A DNA stretch of 64,000 nt from NCBI GenBank assembly GCA_965263035.1, contig OZ253580.1:416001-480000 (forward strand). Direction: 5' to 3'. Source of the DNA: Acidobacteriota bacterium (lineage in GTDB: Bacteria > Acidobacteriota > UBA6911 > RPQK01 > JAJDTT01). The position numbers were made by a program, and so were the translations under genes. Below the pieces are notes generated by a model. It ran no database searches, had not been told where the DNA came from, and worked only from the letters and a program-made list of their open reading frames with translations. How positions within the stretch are numbered: the stretch's first letter is position 1; every line of letters begins with the position of its first letter. Shown in pieces: positions 51,601 to 60,881 of this stretch.

Positions 51601-52726
51601 AACACCGGTGCTCGAAGTGATCGAAAGAAAGCTTGCCTACCGCAGCATGAACGTAGCGCAACGCGTCTACTGGCTGGTTGCGGGCCTTGTTGCTTCGCCG
51701 GAGTCCTATATCGAGAGGCTCGAATCCTATGTTGCCGGGAACGAGGTTCGAGTTCGTCATTTAGCCGAGGCAGTCACTGGAGTTCGAGGGGGATCGGATC
51801 CAATCGAACGCTTGGACGGTTCGGCGGTGAAGCTCTTGATCCGGATGATGGGTGTCTCCTACAGGCCAAATTCGCACACTATGTCGGAAAAAGAACACGT
51901 CTATACACTAGACCGGAAAACAGCCGACCACATTCGTTGGGCCATTGGTCGACTCGCCTCCGACCCTTCACAGAGTGCTGCCGGAATCCTCCATTCGCTC
52001 GCGAAAGACGACAACCTGATTCCATGGCGACCCGATCTTAACTATGCAATAACTCAGCAGAATGATCTGCGCCGCGACGCCTGCTTCCGGCATGGGAACA
52101 TCGAACAGGTGATTCAGGTGCTCGACAACCGGAAACCGGCGAACGCTGCCGATCTGGCCGCGCTAACGACCGAGTATTTGCGAGAAATCTCAGCGAATAT
52201 CCAAGATGGGAACACTTCCGACTGGCGCCAGTATTGGAACGATGTCAACCACAGGCCCTCGAACCCTAAGCACGAAGATCGCTGTCGAGACGCACTGCTC
52301 TCAGACCTGCAACACAGGTTGAAGCCATTGGACATCGACGCCCAGCCGGAAGGCCGTTACGCCGACGACAAACGTTCGGACATCCGCGTCTCGTTTGGGA
52401 AATTCAACGTCCCGGTGGAGATCAAGAAAAGCTGTCATCGCGATCTGTGGAGCGCCATCAGAAGGCAGTTGATCGCCAAATACACCCGCGATCCGGGCGC
52501 ACACGGCTACGGAATCTATCTCGTTTTCTGGTTCGGAAACACGGAACATTGCCGACCGACACCGGGGGAGAAGTCCCCTCCGAAGAGCGCCGCCCAACTC
52601 GAAGAACGTCTGCGCGACCCCCTCTCAGAGGAAGAGAAACGCAAGATTTCGATTTGCGTCATCGATGTTGCCAAGCCCGACATACAGCGCGGCACAATTC
52701 GGCGTGACCTTCACACAGATCGATGA
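48617..52726 (+). CDS. 1369-aa STAND/NACHT-like NTPase with a C-terminal restriction-endonuclease-like domain
   Basis: GAPGAGKT, LFIDGLDE, RLSCR, NPQSL, HRQVGEFLAARYL; C-terminus PEGRYADDKRSDIRV..PVEIKK..GYGIYLVFWFG. Confidence 0.82.
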   Translation: MTHYVARTCTEIREKDERGESEIRSRSLDDFRDLDAYVLLGAPGAGKTEAFKREAAMCPDGRRVSARNLVRSTDRYRWHDATLFIDGLDEIRAGSTDGRTPLDRIHSKLNSLGCPRFRLSCREADWFGANDRTHLKTVSADGEVSVLRLDPLSEDNIREILRRNLHIHDADSFIASARERGINGLLPNPQSLRMLAAAVAGGRWPETRKETFDLACRTLLKEHNREHQIAKRDAFDISSLMDVAGRLCVVQLLTGNAGYALTGNGIGDTDYPGLEQIPGDNRPILRHTLGTKLFEGPSEGRLAPVHRQVGEFLAARYLASLIGKGLPVGRILALLTGHDGVPVSELRGLTAWLAAHSKTSRSEIIARDPLGTILYGDVREFSTHEKRRLLEYLDREAKTKPWFWGLFGMDARLGDITTPDMGEAIRETLRDSARDDARQSFVRIVLMSVTHNRVLAGLSVPIIQIVRDDNWTPGVRLAAIDALTRQMGKTEAAVARLKSLLEDIESGSVSDPEDELLGSLLTQLYPVKLSPTEVLRYFRRPKVAPYIGTYLLFWVNRVPNISTNSQLAQLLDAIARDYQQLSPEFVGLEEQVNPLRRVPLLLLKRFLETLDKNISPNRLLKWLKIVSIPEFRESPDQVEFIRNWLICRPSLLQETLTLGVELCADSGNFSHCVNEMERRLFDVPWPPEWCLEQALSSTNRNVARHFIQRVADFVHGHPSDESLSRGKVRDRLVENPILMRAFDQRLTFFGDIITQQKDQRLQYDENKRQFKQDWCDRVSAHKTALRENRCPPALLHDLALAYMGHFVNVEGETPLARLENLLDNDQDLIHAVLEGLRGSIERSDLPRADKVLQLDTQNQQHLLTWPFMAGLEEATHTASKRKFSLHEKQMRLALTIHFTVLMPFGAPQSPRWIPSLLTSHPDVVAEVLVSSVRSKINSNANFADYLYELAQLEDHAEVARLATLPLLKVFPVRCSRRHLPALQVLLEMALRHCEETPVLEVIERKLAYRSMNVAQRVYWLVAGLVASPESYIERLESYVAGNEVRVRHLAEAVTGVRGGSDPIERLDGSAVKLLIRMMGVSYRPNSHTMSEKEHVYTLDRKTADHIRWAIGRLASDPSQSAAGILHSLAKDDNLIPWRPDLNYAITQQNDLRRDACFRHGNIEQVIQVLDNRKPANAADLAALTTEYLREISANIQDGNTSDWRQYWNDVNHRPSNPKHEDRCRDALLSDLQHRLKPLDIDAQPEGRYADDKRSDIRVSFGKFNVPVEIKKSCHRDLWSAIRRQLIAKYTRDPGAHGYGIYLVFWFGNTEHCRPTPGEKSPPKSAAQLEERLRDPLSEEEKRKISICVIDVAKPDIQRGTIRRDLHTDR

Positions 52727-53063
52727 TGGGGGCGCTGTCCACCACGAATCGTCCGGCCGATGGGTAGTGTATCACTCCAACCCTTAAGTATATCAGTTTC
52801 CCCTGATCCATAAAGGGTCAGCAGCACCCGCCGCTTGACATCTAAGGCCCGCTACAGTATACATAATCTGCGCTCGCCTTTGAGTTGATAGCCTGTTCAT
52901 AATACGCCTCCTTCCTATCCTCCTAAACCCAAAAGGCGAAAGGACCGACATTTCTGCCGGTCCTCTCTAGTTTAACTGATCCTTCAGCGCAAGTTAGTCT
53001 GACGTGACGAACTTCATCCACTCACCCTCATAACAATAATATGCAACGGAAGCCTTCTCTAGA

Positions 53064-55059
53064 CCCAGATTATTCATCACGCAAACATAAAATGAGCAAG
53101 CGTGCCCGTCATGTCGAGTCGGATCAGAGGGTTACCGGATACCCACAGAAAACGGATGGGACCCGACCTGGGTGAAACGCTATCTTTGTTGTCAACGTCG
53201 GTTTAACCCCAGGATTCAAGGGGGGCCGAAACCCAAGCATTTCCACGGTTTGCGTCCCCTCCAAGGGCGGCATAAAGAGACGGCGTGCCCGTCATTTGTG
53301 GTATGATTATAGTGCTAAGAAACAACCACAATAAACGGAGCACGCCATGCCTGAGACGATACCGCAGATCCGGCCCTCATTCAACCGATCCCTCCGCCTC
53401 GAGACCCGCCCCGAGTTGCTCAGTGCGGACACGGGAGCCCTGGTGCAGCGGGAGCTGATGGAGCGCAGCGGCCTCATCGACTGGTTGACCGAGCGGTTGC
53501 ACGATCCGCGACACCCGAGTTCGATCCGCTATCCGCTGTCGGATCTGCTGCGAACTCGACTCCTGCTGCTGGGGCAGGGCTGGCGCGACCAGTCCGACGC
53601 CGACCGCCTGCGTCAGGATCCGAGCTTGCGGGTGGCGAGCCAGACCCGTCGGGGCACGGCGGCCTTGGAGGAGGGCCACGGGCTGGCGTCACAGCCGACC
53701 TTGTCCCGACTGTTGGACACGCTCAGCCGGGAGGAGAACCTTCCGGTCCTGCACCAGGCGGTGACGGAGCTGGCGTGCCGTCGGATCGAGATGATCGAAG
53801 GTCGGCGGCGAAAACGGGGGAAAAAGACCCCACGGAAGAAGAGACGGAAAAAGACGATGGTCCTGGACGTGGACGGTCTCCCGGTCGAGGTCCATGGGCA
53901 TCCCCCGGGAAGCGAATGGAACGGATACTATCGCCAGCGGATGTACCACGGATTGGTGGCGAGTTGTGCCGAGACGGGGGACCTGATCGACGGGGAGATT
54001 TTTCCGGGAGCCAGCTACCTGGGGAAGAAGGCGCTGAAGTTGACGCTCCGGGTGGTGGACCGCTGTCGGGGGCGTGTGTGCGGCTCGATGATCGTGCGGA
54101 TGGATGCGGGGTTCCCGGAGCCGGGGCTGCTGCAGGGGCTGGAGTCGAGAAGCGTGCCCTATATCGCTCGAATCCGCAAGAATGAGGTCCTGAACCGGAT
54201 GGCGAAGCCCTACTTGACCCAGCCGGCGGGGCGATCCCCGAAAGCACCACCGAGGCTCTGGTTCCATGAGCTGACCTATCAGGCGGAGAGCTGGGATCGG
54301 GCGCGCCGGGTGGTGCTGGTGGTGCGGGAGCGACCGGGGGAGTTGTATCCGGATCATTTCTGGTTGCTGACGAGCCTGAGTCGGAAACGATACGAGGCGG
54401 AAGCGTTGCTGGCGCGGTACCGCAAACGGGGGAAGGCGGAAGGCCACATGGGGGAGTTGATGGACGTGCTCGATCCGGCCTTGTCCTCCGCGAGCCGGCC
54501 CAAGACGCACTACCGGGGGAAGCCGCTGAAGTCGGAAGCCAAGCCGGAAGCGAGGACGGAGGCCGGGGTTCGACCCCACAACGAAGTCTTGTTTCTGCTG
54601 AATCTGCTGGGGTACGAGATCCTGCACCTGGGTCGGGTGCTGATGGAGCAGGCGACGCGTCGGGGCTGGAGTCTGCGTCGTTTTCGCGAGCGGGTGTTGC
54701 GAGTGGCATCTCGGGCGCTACGTCAGGGGAGGCGATTGATTTTCGTCATCAGTCAAGGGGCGACGGACTGGAAGCGGTTGTGGAAGAGACTGGCGCGGGT
54801 GTCCTGGGCGCCGGGATAGCGGACGGAGGAGGAATCGGGCCCGTGGAAGGGACCGAAACGGTGGGGATTTCTCACCGGAGAGTCAATCTGTCGGCGGGTG
54901 ACGGCCCCCTTGGCCGTTAAACGGTTTATGACTGGTTCAATCGTCCTGTTTTTGAGCCGATTCAGTCGAATCGACAGAGGTTCAAGAGAAACCGGGCTGC
55001 GACCGCACGAAAACGCCGGGTTGGAAGCCCTTATCAACATGTTCCATGAATAATCTGGG
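53064..55059 (+). mobile_element. IS1380-family insertion sequence (1996 bp)
   Basis: 14-bp TIRs CCCAGATTATTCAT / ATGAATAATCTGGG; CTAGA target duplication on both sides. Confidence 0.92.
53347..54819 (+). CDS. IS1380-family DDE transposase
   Basis: LSADTGAL, LASQPTLSR, VLDVD, VRMDAGF, YRKRGKAE. Confidence 0.93.
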   Translation: MPETIPQIRPSFNRSLRLETRPELLSADTGALVQRELMERSGLIDWLTERLHDPRHPSSIRYPLSDLLRTRLLLLGQGWRDQSDADRLRQDPSLRVASQTRRGTAALEEGHGLASQPTLSRLLDTLSREENLPVLHQAVTELACRRIEMIEGRRRKRGKKTPRKKRRKKTMVLDVDGLPVEVHGHPPGSEWNGYYRQRMYHGLVASCAETGDLIDGEIFPGASYLGKKALKLTLRVVDRCRGRVCGSMIVRMDAGFPEPGLLQGLESRSVPYIARIRKNEVLNRMAKPYLTQPAGRSPKAPPRLWFHELTYQAESWDRARRVVLVVRERPGELYPDHFWLLTSLSRKRYEAEALLARYRKRGKAEGHMGELMDVLDPALSSASRPKTHYRGKPLKSEAKPEARTEAGVRPHNEVLFLLNLLGYEILHLGRVLMEQATRRGWSLRRFRERVLRVASRALRQGRRLIFVISQGATDWKRLWKRLARVSWAPG

Positions 55060-55608
55060 CTAGAAAAGCATGGTTGATCGCATCGTGTGTCCTCATGCTA
55101 GGCACCCCTGACTCTACATCCGACCCGGAAAGTGCGCTAGTCCATGGTGAGGCCCTAGAGATTACACGAGAGAAACCGATGCTGTTACGTTCAGGAACGG
55201 CTGTGTGCTGGAGGGAAATGTAGTCATCTCGTGCTACCAGCACTTCCGATCTACAGTTTACTGATCCACCCCATAACACAACAATCGTTGACCTACCATC
55301 ACGCGAACATAGTGCAGCCCAATCTGTCTGCTCTGGTGTAGCGAACTGGCCTGACACGATGTTGTGCTTTTTGTCTTTGAATCTCCAAGTAGCTTGAGGT
55401 ATTGTACAGCCCATTTCAGACAGCTTCCGCTGAACTTCTGCAGGCACGTACTCGAACTCCATTGGGGATAAGCGAGTGATGTTCTCTGCTGCCTTGTCGA
55501 AACGCTCCGTCAACTCCTTGTGCTCTTTCGAGAGTTGAGTCATGTTTGCAAGAGATAGCAGCAGAGAAAATAAGATGTAGATCGTCATCGTCAGCTACTA
55601 CCTCACTC

Positions 55609-55900
55609 TCACTTCGTAAGGTGCCAGTGATCCGGGTCGGTATGGATCTCCACCCGGAAACCCAGAGCCTCCGCTACGTTCCGGAAGAACTCCTGCTGCG
55701 TCTCCGTCATAGATCACAACCTGATATCGACGTTGCGGCCTTCGCGATGGAGTGAATGATCTGGTGGAGACCAGTTCTGGTTGAGATCGAACACTCCTCC
55801 GTCTTTCAGGCTGATGTCGTTGACGAATATGTTTTCACCATATTGATTGTACCCAATGGCTCGTCGACGAGATCCTACAATCAGTTGAACACCACCATCG
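55609..55900 (-). pseudogene. Remnant of a LAS-type (MepA-like) zinc murein endopeptidase domain
   Basis: VNDISLKDGGVFD..WSPPDHSL-HREGRNVD (Hx6D)-IRL*SMTETQQ..HTDPD-HWH (HxH)-LTK*; in-frame TGA at 55714-55716. Confidence 0.6.
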
Positions 55901-56049
55901 TCATGAGCGCACCAAGCTGCCCGGACTCGTGACACCCGATCTGTCCGCTCCTGGCCACAAGCCCGCCCGCAACTCGCCAATCTTCATTCCGACTCGTAAT
56001 CATATTCGCCGGGAGAGAGAGGTCCCCGGCTCGAAGACGCGAAAGCGGA

Positions 56050-56397
56050 GGTAGCACCCCTGTCACAATTCTGTATCTGCCAGGAAATCAAGCCCCCGAG
56101 ATCTGGGTCTGGACACGATTGCAAAAGAGGCCCGACGTCTTTGCTGCCGATCTCGGAATCGATTCGTCGAGCCTTGCCCGGAACATTCGGAATTTAGACG
56201 CCCTTTACAGCCCTGCGAAGGATTCCGATTCGGCAATTGCCAAGGCCAAGCTCAACGACATGGCGGATGCACAAGACCGGACCGTGCCCGAAATCTGCCG
56301 TCTGATTGCACGTATCGAAGCCGGCGGCGACGGCAGCGAACTCCAACCACTGGTGGAAGACCGGAAGGATCTCTTTTCCAAATGGCGCGCGGACTGA
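56050..56397 (+). pseudogene. C-terminal fragment of an unidentified protein, possibly an ATPase-associated nuclease domain
   Basis: Open frame ILYLPGNQAPEIWVW..KWRAD* with no convincing start. Confidence 0.35.
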
Positions 56398-56500
56398 ATC
56401 GATTGACCTCTTTCCGGCAACGCCTGCTGTTCCGGTTCCGGAATCGCACGGCATCATTTTTATGCGTCATGAGCGAAGTAGACACTCCTACGAAGATACC

Positions 56501-56900
56501 ATGCTTGAGCGCTTAAAACTCCAGAATACAGGTCTCGCTCCTGAAATGCAGCTTGAATATCGCCGCCGCGTGAATCTCCATGGGCACCGTCTGGGCAAGA
56601 CCTTCCACCTGGACGCCGCTTGGTGGTCCCTGACGGGGCGTTAGCTGCACGCCGTGAACCCGAAGTTGACCGTCGGATTCCCGGCAAGGCCCACCGATGT
56701 GGAAACAGTGGCGAAGATCGAAACCAGAGTTCGTTGGTCAGCGGCCCCCCCCCGGACCTTACGGCCACTTGGTCGCGTTTCGAAGAGATGGACTCGCAAC
56801 CACTTGGTCGGAGCAAGTCTGGTCCTGTATGCGCACTCCGATGGCTCCGTATCGGTTTGGGACCCGGCGCGAAACCATCCGGGCGGTGACGAACGCCACC
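56501..56900 (+). pseudogene. Eroded N-terminus of an AAA/ABC-type ATPase
   Basis: MLERLKLQNTGLAPEMQLE..VNL..LGKTFHLDAAWWSLT (damaged Walker A), later LVLYAHSDGSVSVWDPARN in another frame. Confidence 0.6.
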
Positions 56901-57090
56901 CTACCGACGGCGGGAAGCATACCAATGCCAGCGACGACGATCCGGCGTCCATTCCGTGGACCCGCCGCCGTGGTAAAGTGAAGCCGGTCGATTCACCCGG
57001 GTGACGTTCCGTATGAATCCGAATTGCGGCGTAGACGGCGGGTGACCGTGGAGTCGACATCCCCCGTTTCGAGTCCCCGGGAGATTCAGG

Positions 57091-58377
57091 ATGTTCCATG
57101 GCAGGAAGGAACTGCTGGACAAGATTCGACTGCGAGAAGACTCCTACCATGAAGTCAAGGAGGTGCGGTTTGCCGGTCATCGGGTCACCGCGCCACACTG
57201 CGACTCACTTGCCGACTCCATCGCCGCTTTCGCCAACACCCGCGGCGGCGGGCTCGTCCTGGGAATCGAGGCCAAGACGCACGACGTCGTCGGCATTCCT
57301 CTCGATCGTCTTGAAACGGTGACGGACTTCGTCCGCGAAGTGTGCATCGACTCGATCGACCCGCCCGTAGAGCCCCTTGTCGTCGAACATCTGCGACTGC
57401 CTGCGCGCACGGGTGAAGAGCTCGCCGTGGTCAAGATCGACGTGCCGCGCAGTCTGTTCGTCCACCGCAGTCCCGGAGGCTATCTGCACCGCATGGCCAA
57501 CGCCAAGCGGCGGATGTCCACGGAGTACCTCGCCCGACTGTTTCAACAACGCAGCCAGACTCGCCTGATCCGATTCGACGAGCAGGTCGTTCCGCGGGCG
57601 CGCTTGGACGATCTCTCCTCCCACCTCTGGAAGCGTTTTCGAACCGCCCGCTCCGGCGACGACCGGGAGGCTTTTCTGGAAAAGCTCAACCTGGCGCAGG
57701 TGGACGAGGAGGGTGTGTGGAGGCCCACTGTCGCCGGTGTGCTCATGGCCAGTGAGGACCCGCAGCGATGGCTGCCCAACGCCTACGTTCAAGCGGTCGC
57801 ATATCGAGGAAACAGGATTCGAGCCCACCCGGGGGCCATTTATCAATTGGACGCCGCGAACCTTTCCGGGCCGTTGGACCGTCAGGTGATCGAGACCTGT
57901 CGGTTCGTCGCAAAAAACATGAGGATCGCCGCGTTCAAGGACCAGGGGCGCATCGACCGTCCGCAGTTCGACATGACGGCCGTGTTCGAGGCGGTCGTAA
58001 ATGCCGTCGTGCATCGTGACTATTCGGTGTACGGGTCCAAGGTCCGGCTGCGCTTGTTCGAGAACCGACTGGAACTCTACTCTCCAGGGCCGATCGCCAA
58101 CTCCATGACCATCGAGAGTCTCCCCTTCATGCAGTCGGCCCGGAACGAAGCGCTCTGCAGCCTGGTGACGAAGTGCCCCGCACCGGATGAGCCCTGGCTT
58201 CACACGGATCGGCGAACCCTGATGGAGAAGCGTGGAGAAGGTGTGCCCATCATCTTGGACAACAGCGAACGCTTGTCCGGTAGAACGCCGGATTACCGCC
58301 TGATCGGCGATGCGGAACTGCTGCTGACGATCCATGCAGCCGGTGGAGATGGGGAGGACGCGCCGACACCTGTCTGA
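57091..58377 (+). CDS. AlbA_2 (Schlafen-like) domain plus HATPase_c_4 protein
   Basis: EDSYHEVKE, IAAFANTRGGGLVLGI, EAVVNAVVHRDY, LELYSPG, ARN, EKRGEGV. Confidence 0.88.
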   Translation: MFHGRKELLDKIRLREDSYHEVKEVRFAGHRVTAPHCDSLADSIAAFANTRGGGLVLGIEAKTHDVVGIPLDRLETVTDFVREVCIDSIDPPVEPLVVEHLRLPARTGEELAVVKIDVPRSLFVHRSPGGYLHRMANAKRRMSTEYLARLFQQRSQTRLIRFDEQVVPRARLDDLSSHLWKRFRTARSGDDREAFLEKLNLAQVDEEGVWRPTVAGVLMASEDPQRWLPNAYVQAVAYRGNRIRAHPGAIYQLDAANLSGPLDRQVIETCRFVAKNMRIAAFKDQGRIDRPQFDMTAVFEAVVNAVVHRDYSVYGSKVRLRLFENRLELYSPGPIANSMTIESLPFMQSARNEALCSLVTKCPAPDEPWLHTDRRTLMEKRGEGVPIILDNSERLSGRTPDYRLIGDAELLLTIHAAGGDGEDAPTPV

Positions 58378-58447
58378 GGGAACGCCAGAACACAGGCGGG
58401 TCGGCAATCACAAGTTTCTGGCGTCCCCTCCAAGATCTCTCCGACCT

Positions 58448-58666
58448 CTACTCAGAACGGACCAGCTCCCGGTCAGTTTCGTGTCCAGGATTCGAAGCCG
58501 GCGCACCGGTCAGGTATTCCTCGAAACGTGAGGTGTACGGAAGATCCTTGAGGAGGACGACAAGCCGAGCCACGTGTCGAGCAACGAGTCCGAGGATTTC
58601 CAAGCCGGAGTTCCGGTAGTCGATGAGCACGTCTGCGTCGAGGACGAACGTCGGCTTGATCGCCAT
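58448..58666 (-). pseudogene. Truncated PIN-like gene
   Basis: FVLDADVLIDY N-terminal PIN motif; only 72 aa. Confidence 0.55.
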
Positions 58667-60031
58667 CTAACTGACCCATTGAAGAGCCCGCTTTCTCAAG
58701 TCTTCGCGGGTGATTTGCAGGATCTCGGCGGCTCGCCCCAGAGAGATCGCGTTCTCTTTCACTGCCCAACTCACGAGCCAGGACAGGCGTTTCTCGGCAA
58801 AATCACGCCGGGACATCCCAGCGGGCTCGACCGAAGCGTTCCAGGGCCATCCAGACTCGTTCATCCGGAAGGGATCAGGAGAGTCGGTGCATTTGAGCCG
58901 TTCGTCAGCGGCCCCGCTATATTGCCGTTGGAACCGGCGCCACACGTCGGACGGCCGGCGACCCGACCCGACCAGGCGCAGAAGCACGACTTTGTAGCTC
59001 ACGCGGAAGATCCGCTTGACCTTCAGGACACGCTCCACCAGGGAATTGCCACTTATCGTCTCCCATTCATGAGCAAACGCTGCATCCGGCATCAGGAACT
59101 CGCTGGCGAAATGGTCGGCATCACGCTCCGATTGCATGGAGTATTCGGCGGAGTCGCGCCCGTACTCGGACGGGTGGAGCAGCAGGTGGCCGAGTTCGCG
59201 TGCCGCGGCGAATATCCATCCCTCCACGGATGACCGGTCCGACGCGTTGACGACCACAGCCGGACCACGATCACCCGGACCAATGCTCAACCCAAACAGG
59301 GGATCTTGCTTCCGCTTCAGCAGAAGGAGCTTCACCCCGTTATCCTCAAGCAGCCGGGCGAGGTCACACACGGGTTCCAACGATCCGAGCCCTACGGCCT
59401 GGCGGGCGTCCTGCGCGGTTTCGACCGGAGTCCTCGAAGAACCGGAAGTTCTCTCCCACTTGAAGCGAAAATGCGGGGGCTTTCCCCCGCTGACCCTGTC
59501 CAACCAGGTTTGGAGTTCGGTATAGGAATCCAGCCACGTCGAGACGGCCGCCTGTATCTGTTCGCGTCCGCAATCTCGTTCCCGGCCGGGAAACCTCACC
59601 TGTTCAAGGGGTCGAACAGCCACTACCAGTTCGCCGACCGGTACCGCCAACGTCTTCGCCAGATCGTCCACAGTGGGCCCGAGGGGAACCAACGAACCTC
59701 GCTCAATTTGCCGCACCGCCATCTCCGATAAACCGGCCCTCACGGCGACATCCTTCCGGGTCAGTTGCCGGTCCATCCTCAAGCGAGCGAGATTGACGGC
59801 GATGCTGCCCGCAATCGTAGTCTTCTCTTCCGGTGGGTCGACATCACCCCCGAGGAGCCTTGTGAACCGCTTATTCCACCATTCCTGGACCCTGGGCTTG
59901 TCCAGGTCCAAGCGCACATGGAACAGTTCTCCCGGACCCGGAAAGCTTGGCCATCGAAGCCTGCCGGAAGGTTCCCGCTTCAACTGCACATAGATATGCC
60001 GTCCTCCGGAAGGCTTCTTTCCCAAGTCCAT
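58667..60031 (-). CDS. XRE-family HTH fused to an ImmA/IrrE-like metallopeptidase domain (degenerate motif)
   Basis: NLARLRMDRQLTRKDVAVRAGLSEMAVRQIERG; FAAARELGHLLL; ERDADHFASEFLMP; start uncertain. Confidence 0.82.
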   Translation of the reverse strand: MDLGKKPSGGRHIYVQLKREPSGRLRWPSFPGPGELFHVRLDLDKPRVQEWWNKRFTRLLGGDVDPPEEKTTIAGSIAVNLARLRMDRQLTRKDVAVRAGLSEMAVRQIERGSLVPLGPTVDDLAKTLAVPVGELVVAVRPLEQVRFPGRERDCGREQIQAAVSTWLDSYTELQTWLDRVSGGKPPHFRFKWERTSGSSRTPVETAQDARQAVGLGSLEPVCDLARLLEDNGVKLLLLKRKQDPLFGLSIGPGDRGPAVVVNASDRSSVEGWIFAAARELGHLLLHPSEYGRDSAEYSMQSERDADHFASEFLMPDAAFAHEWETISGNSLVERVLKVKRIFRVSYKVVLLRLVGSGRRPSDVWRRFQRQYSGAADERLKCTDSPDPFRMNESGWPWNASVEPAGMSRRDFAEKRLSWLVSWAVKENAISLGRAAEILQITREDLRKRALQWVS

Positions 60032-60881
60032 TGCGATACCTAAGTCCGCGCCACTCTCATGGCGTTGCTGCTTTCTCTGAAGGGTTGCCGAACATCGTCA
60101 GAGTTCTTGTCGAAACGTTTCCATTCGGCTCGTGAAGCGTCCGGCTCGGTTGGACCGGGGACCTCCGAGTCACCCGCGCTTCCCGGAAGGGGGAGCGGGC
60201 CATCGTCACCTACACCTCGACGCGTGCAACTTGTCATATCTTCTCGTGCCCCTGCTTACCGCGTCACGGCTCGACGAAACCGTCTCGCGTTACGGCACCA
60301 TTGCGGTGTGAGAGGAGGCTCCGGGACTGACCCGGCGCCTATTTTCGGCCACTCGACCTCATAAGGAAACGCGTAGAAACGCTCGCGATGTTGTGAGTAT
60401 GTACCTGCACATCCCCGTCAAACCAAGAATGTATCTATCTGGTGGGTCCGACATGCGAATGTCCTCGAAGTCCCATCCAAGCTAAGACTGACAACGTGGC
60501 CCTCAACCCGATCGCCTACACCGAAAACGTCGTCCAGAGCTTTCTCCGCTACCAGCTCACGGCGTACTCCTTCACCGACCCGAACCTGTATGCGCAGATG
60601 CGAGACCTGCTCTCGCTCGATGAGACCCGACAATCGCCGCTATTCAAGGGACCCTACGTCAGTCTGTCGCGCCCGTTCCGGCAGGGCGCGGCGATCGACA
60701 GGCTCGTCGCCGAAAAACTCCTCCACCCTCATCTGCAACAACGGATACCGAACCAGATTACGCACCTCTACAGCCACCAGGAGCGCGCCATCCGGTCCAT
60801 GGCCGGCGGCCGAACGACCCTTGTCTCCACCGGTACAGGATCCGGAAAGACTGAATGCTTTCTTTACCCCATTGTTAGCCA

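Larger units (their letters stand above)
52994..55588 (-). pseudogene. Secreted hypothetical protein split by IS1380
   Basis: Signal peptide MTIYILFSLLLSLA; removing the IS joins ..HDAINHAFL to EKASVAYYCYEGEWMKFVTSD*. Confidence 0.82.
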
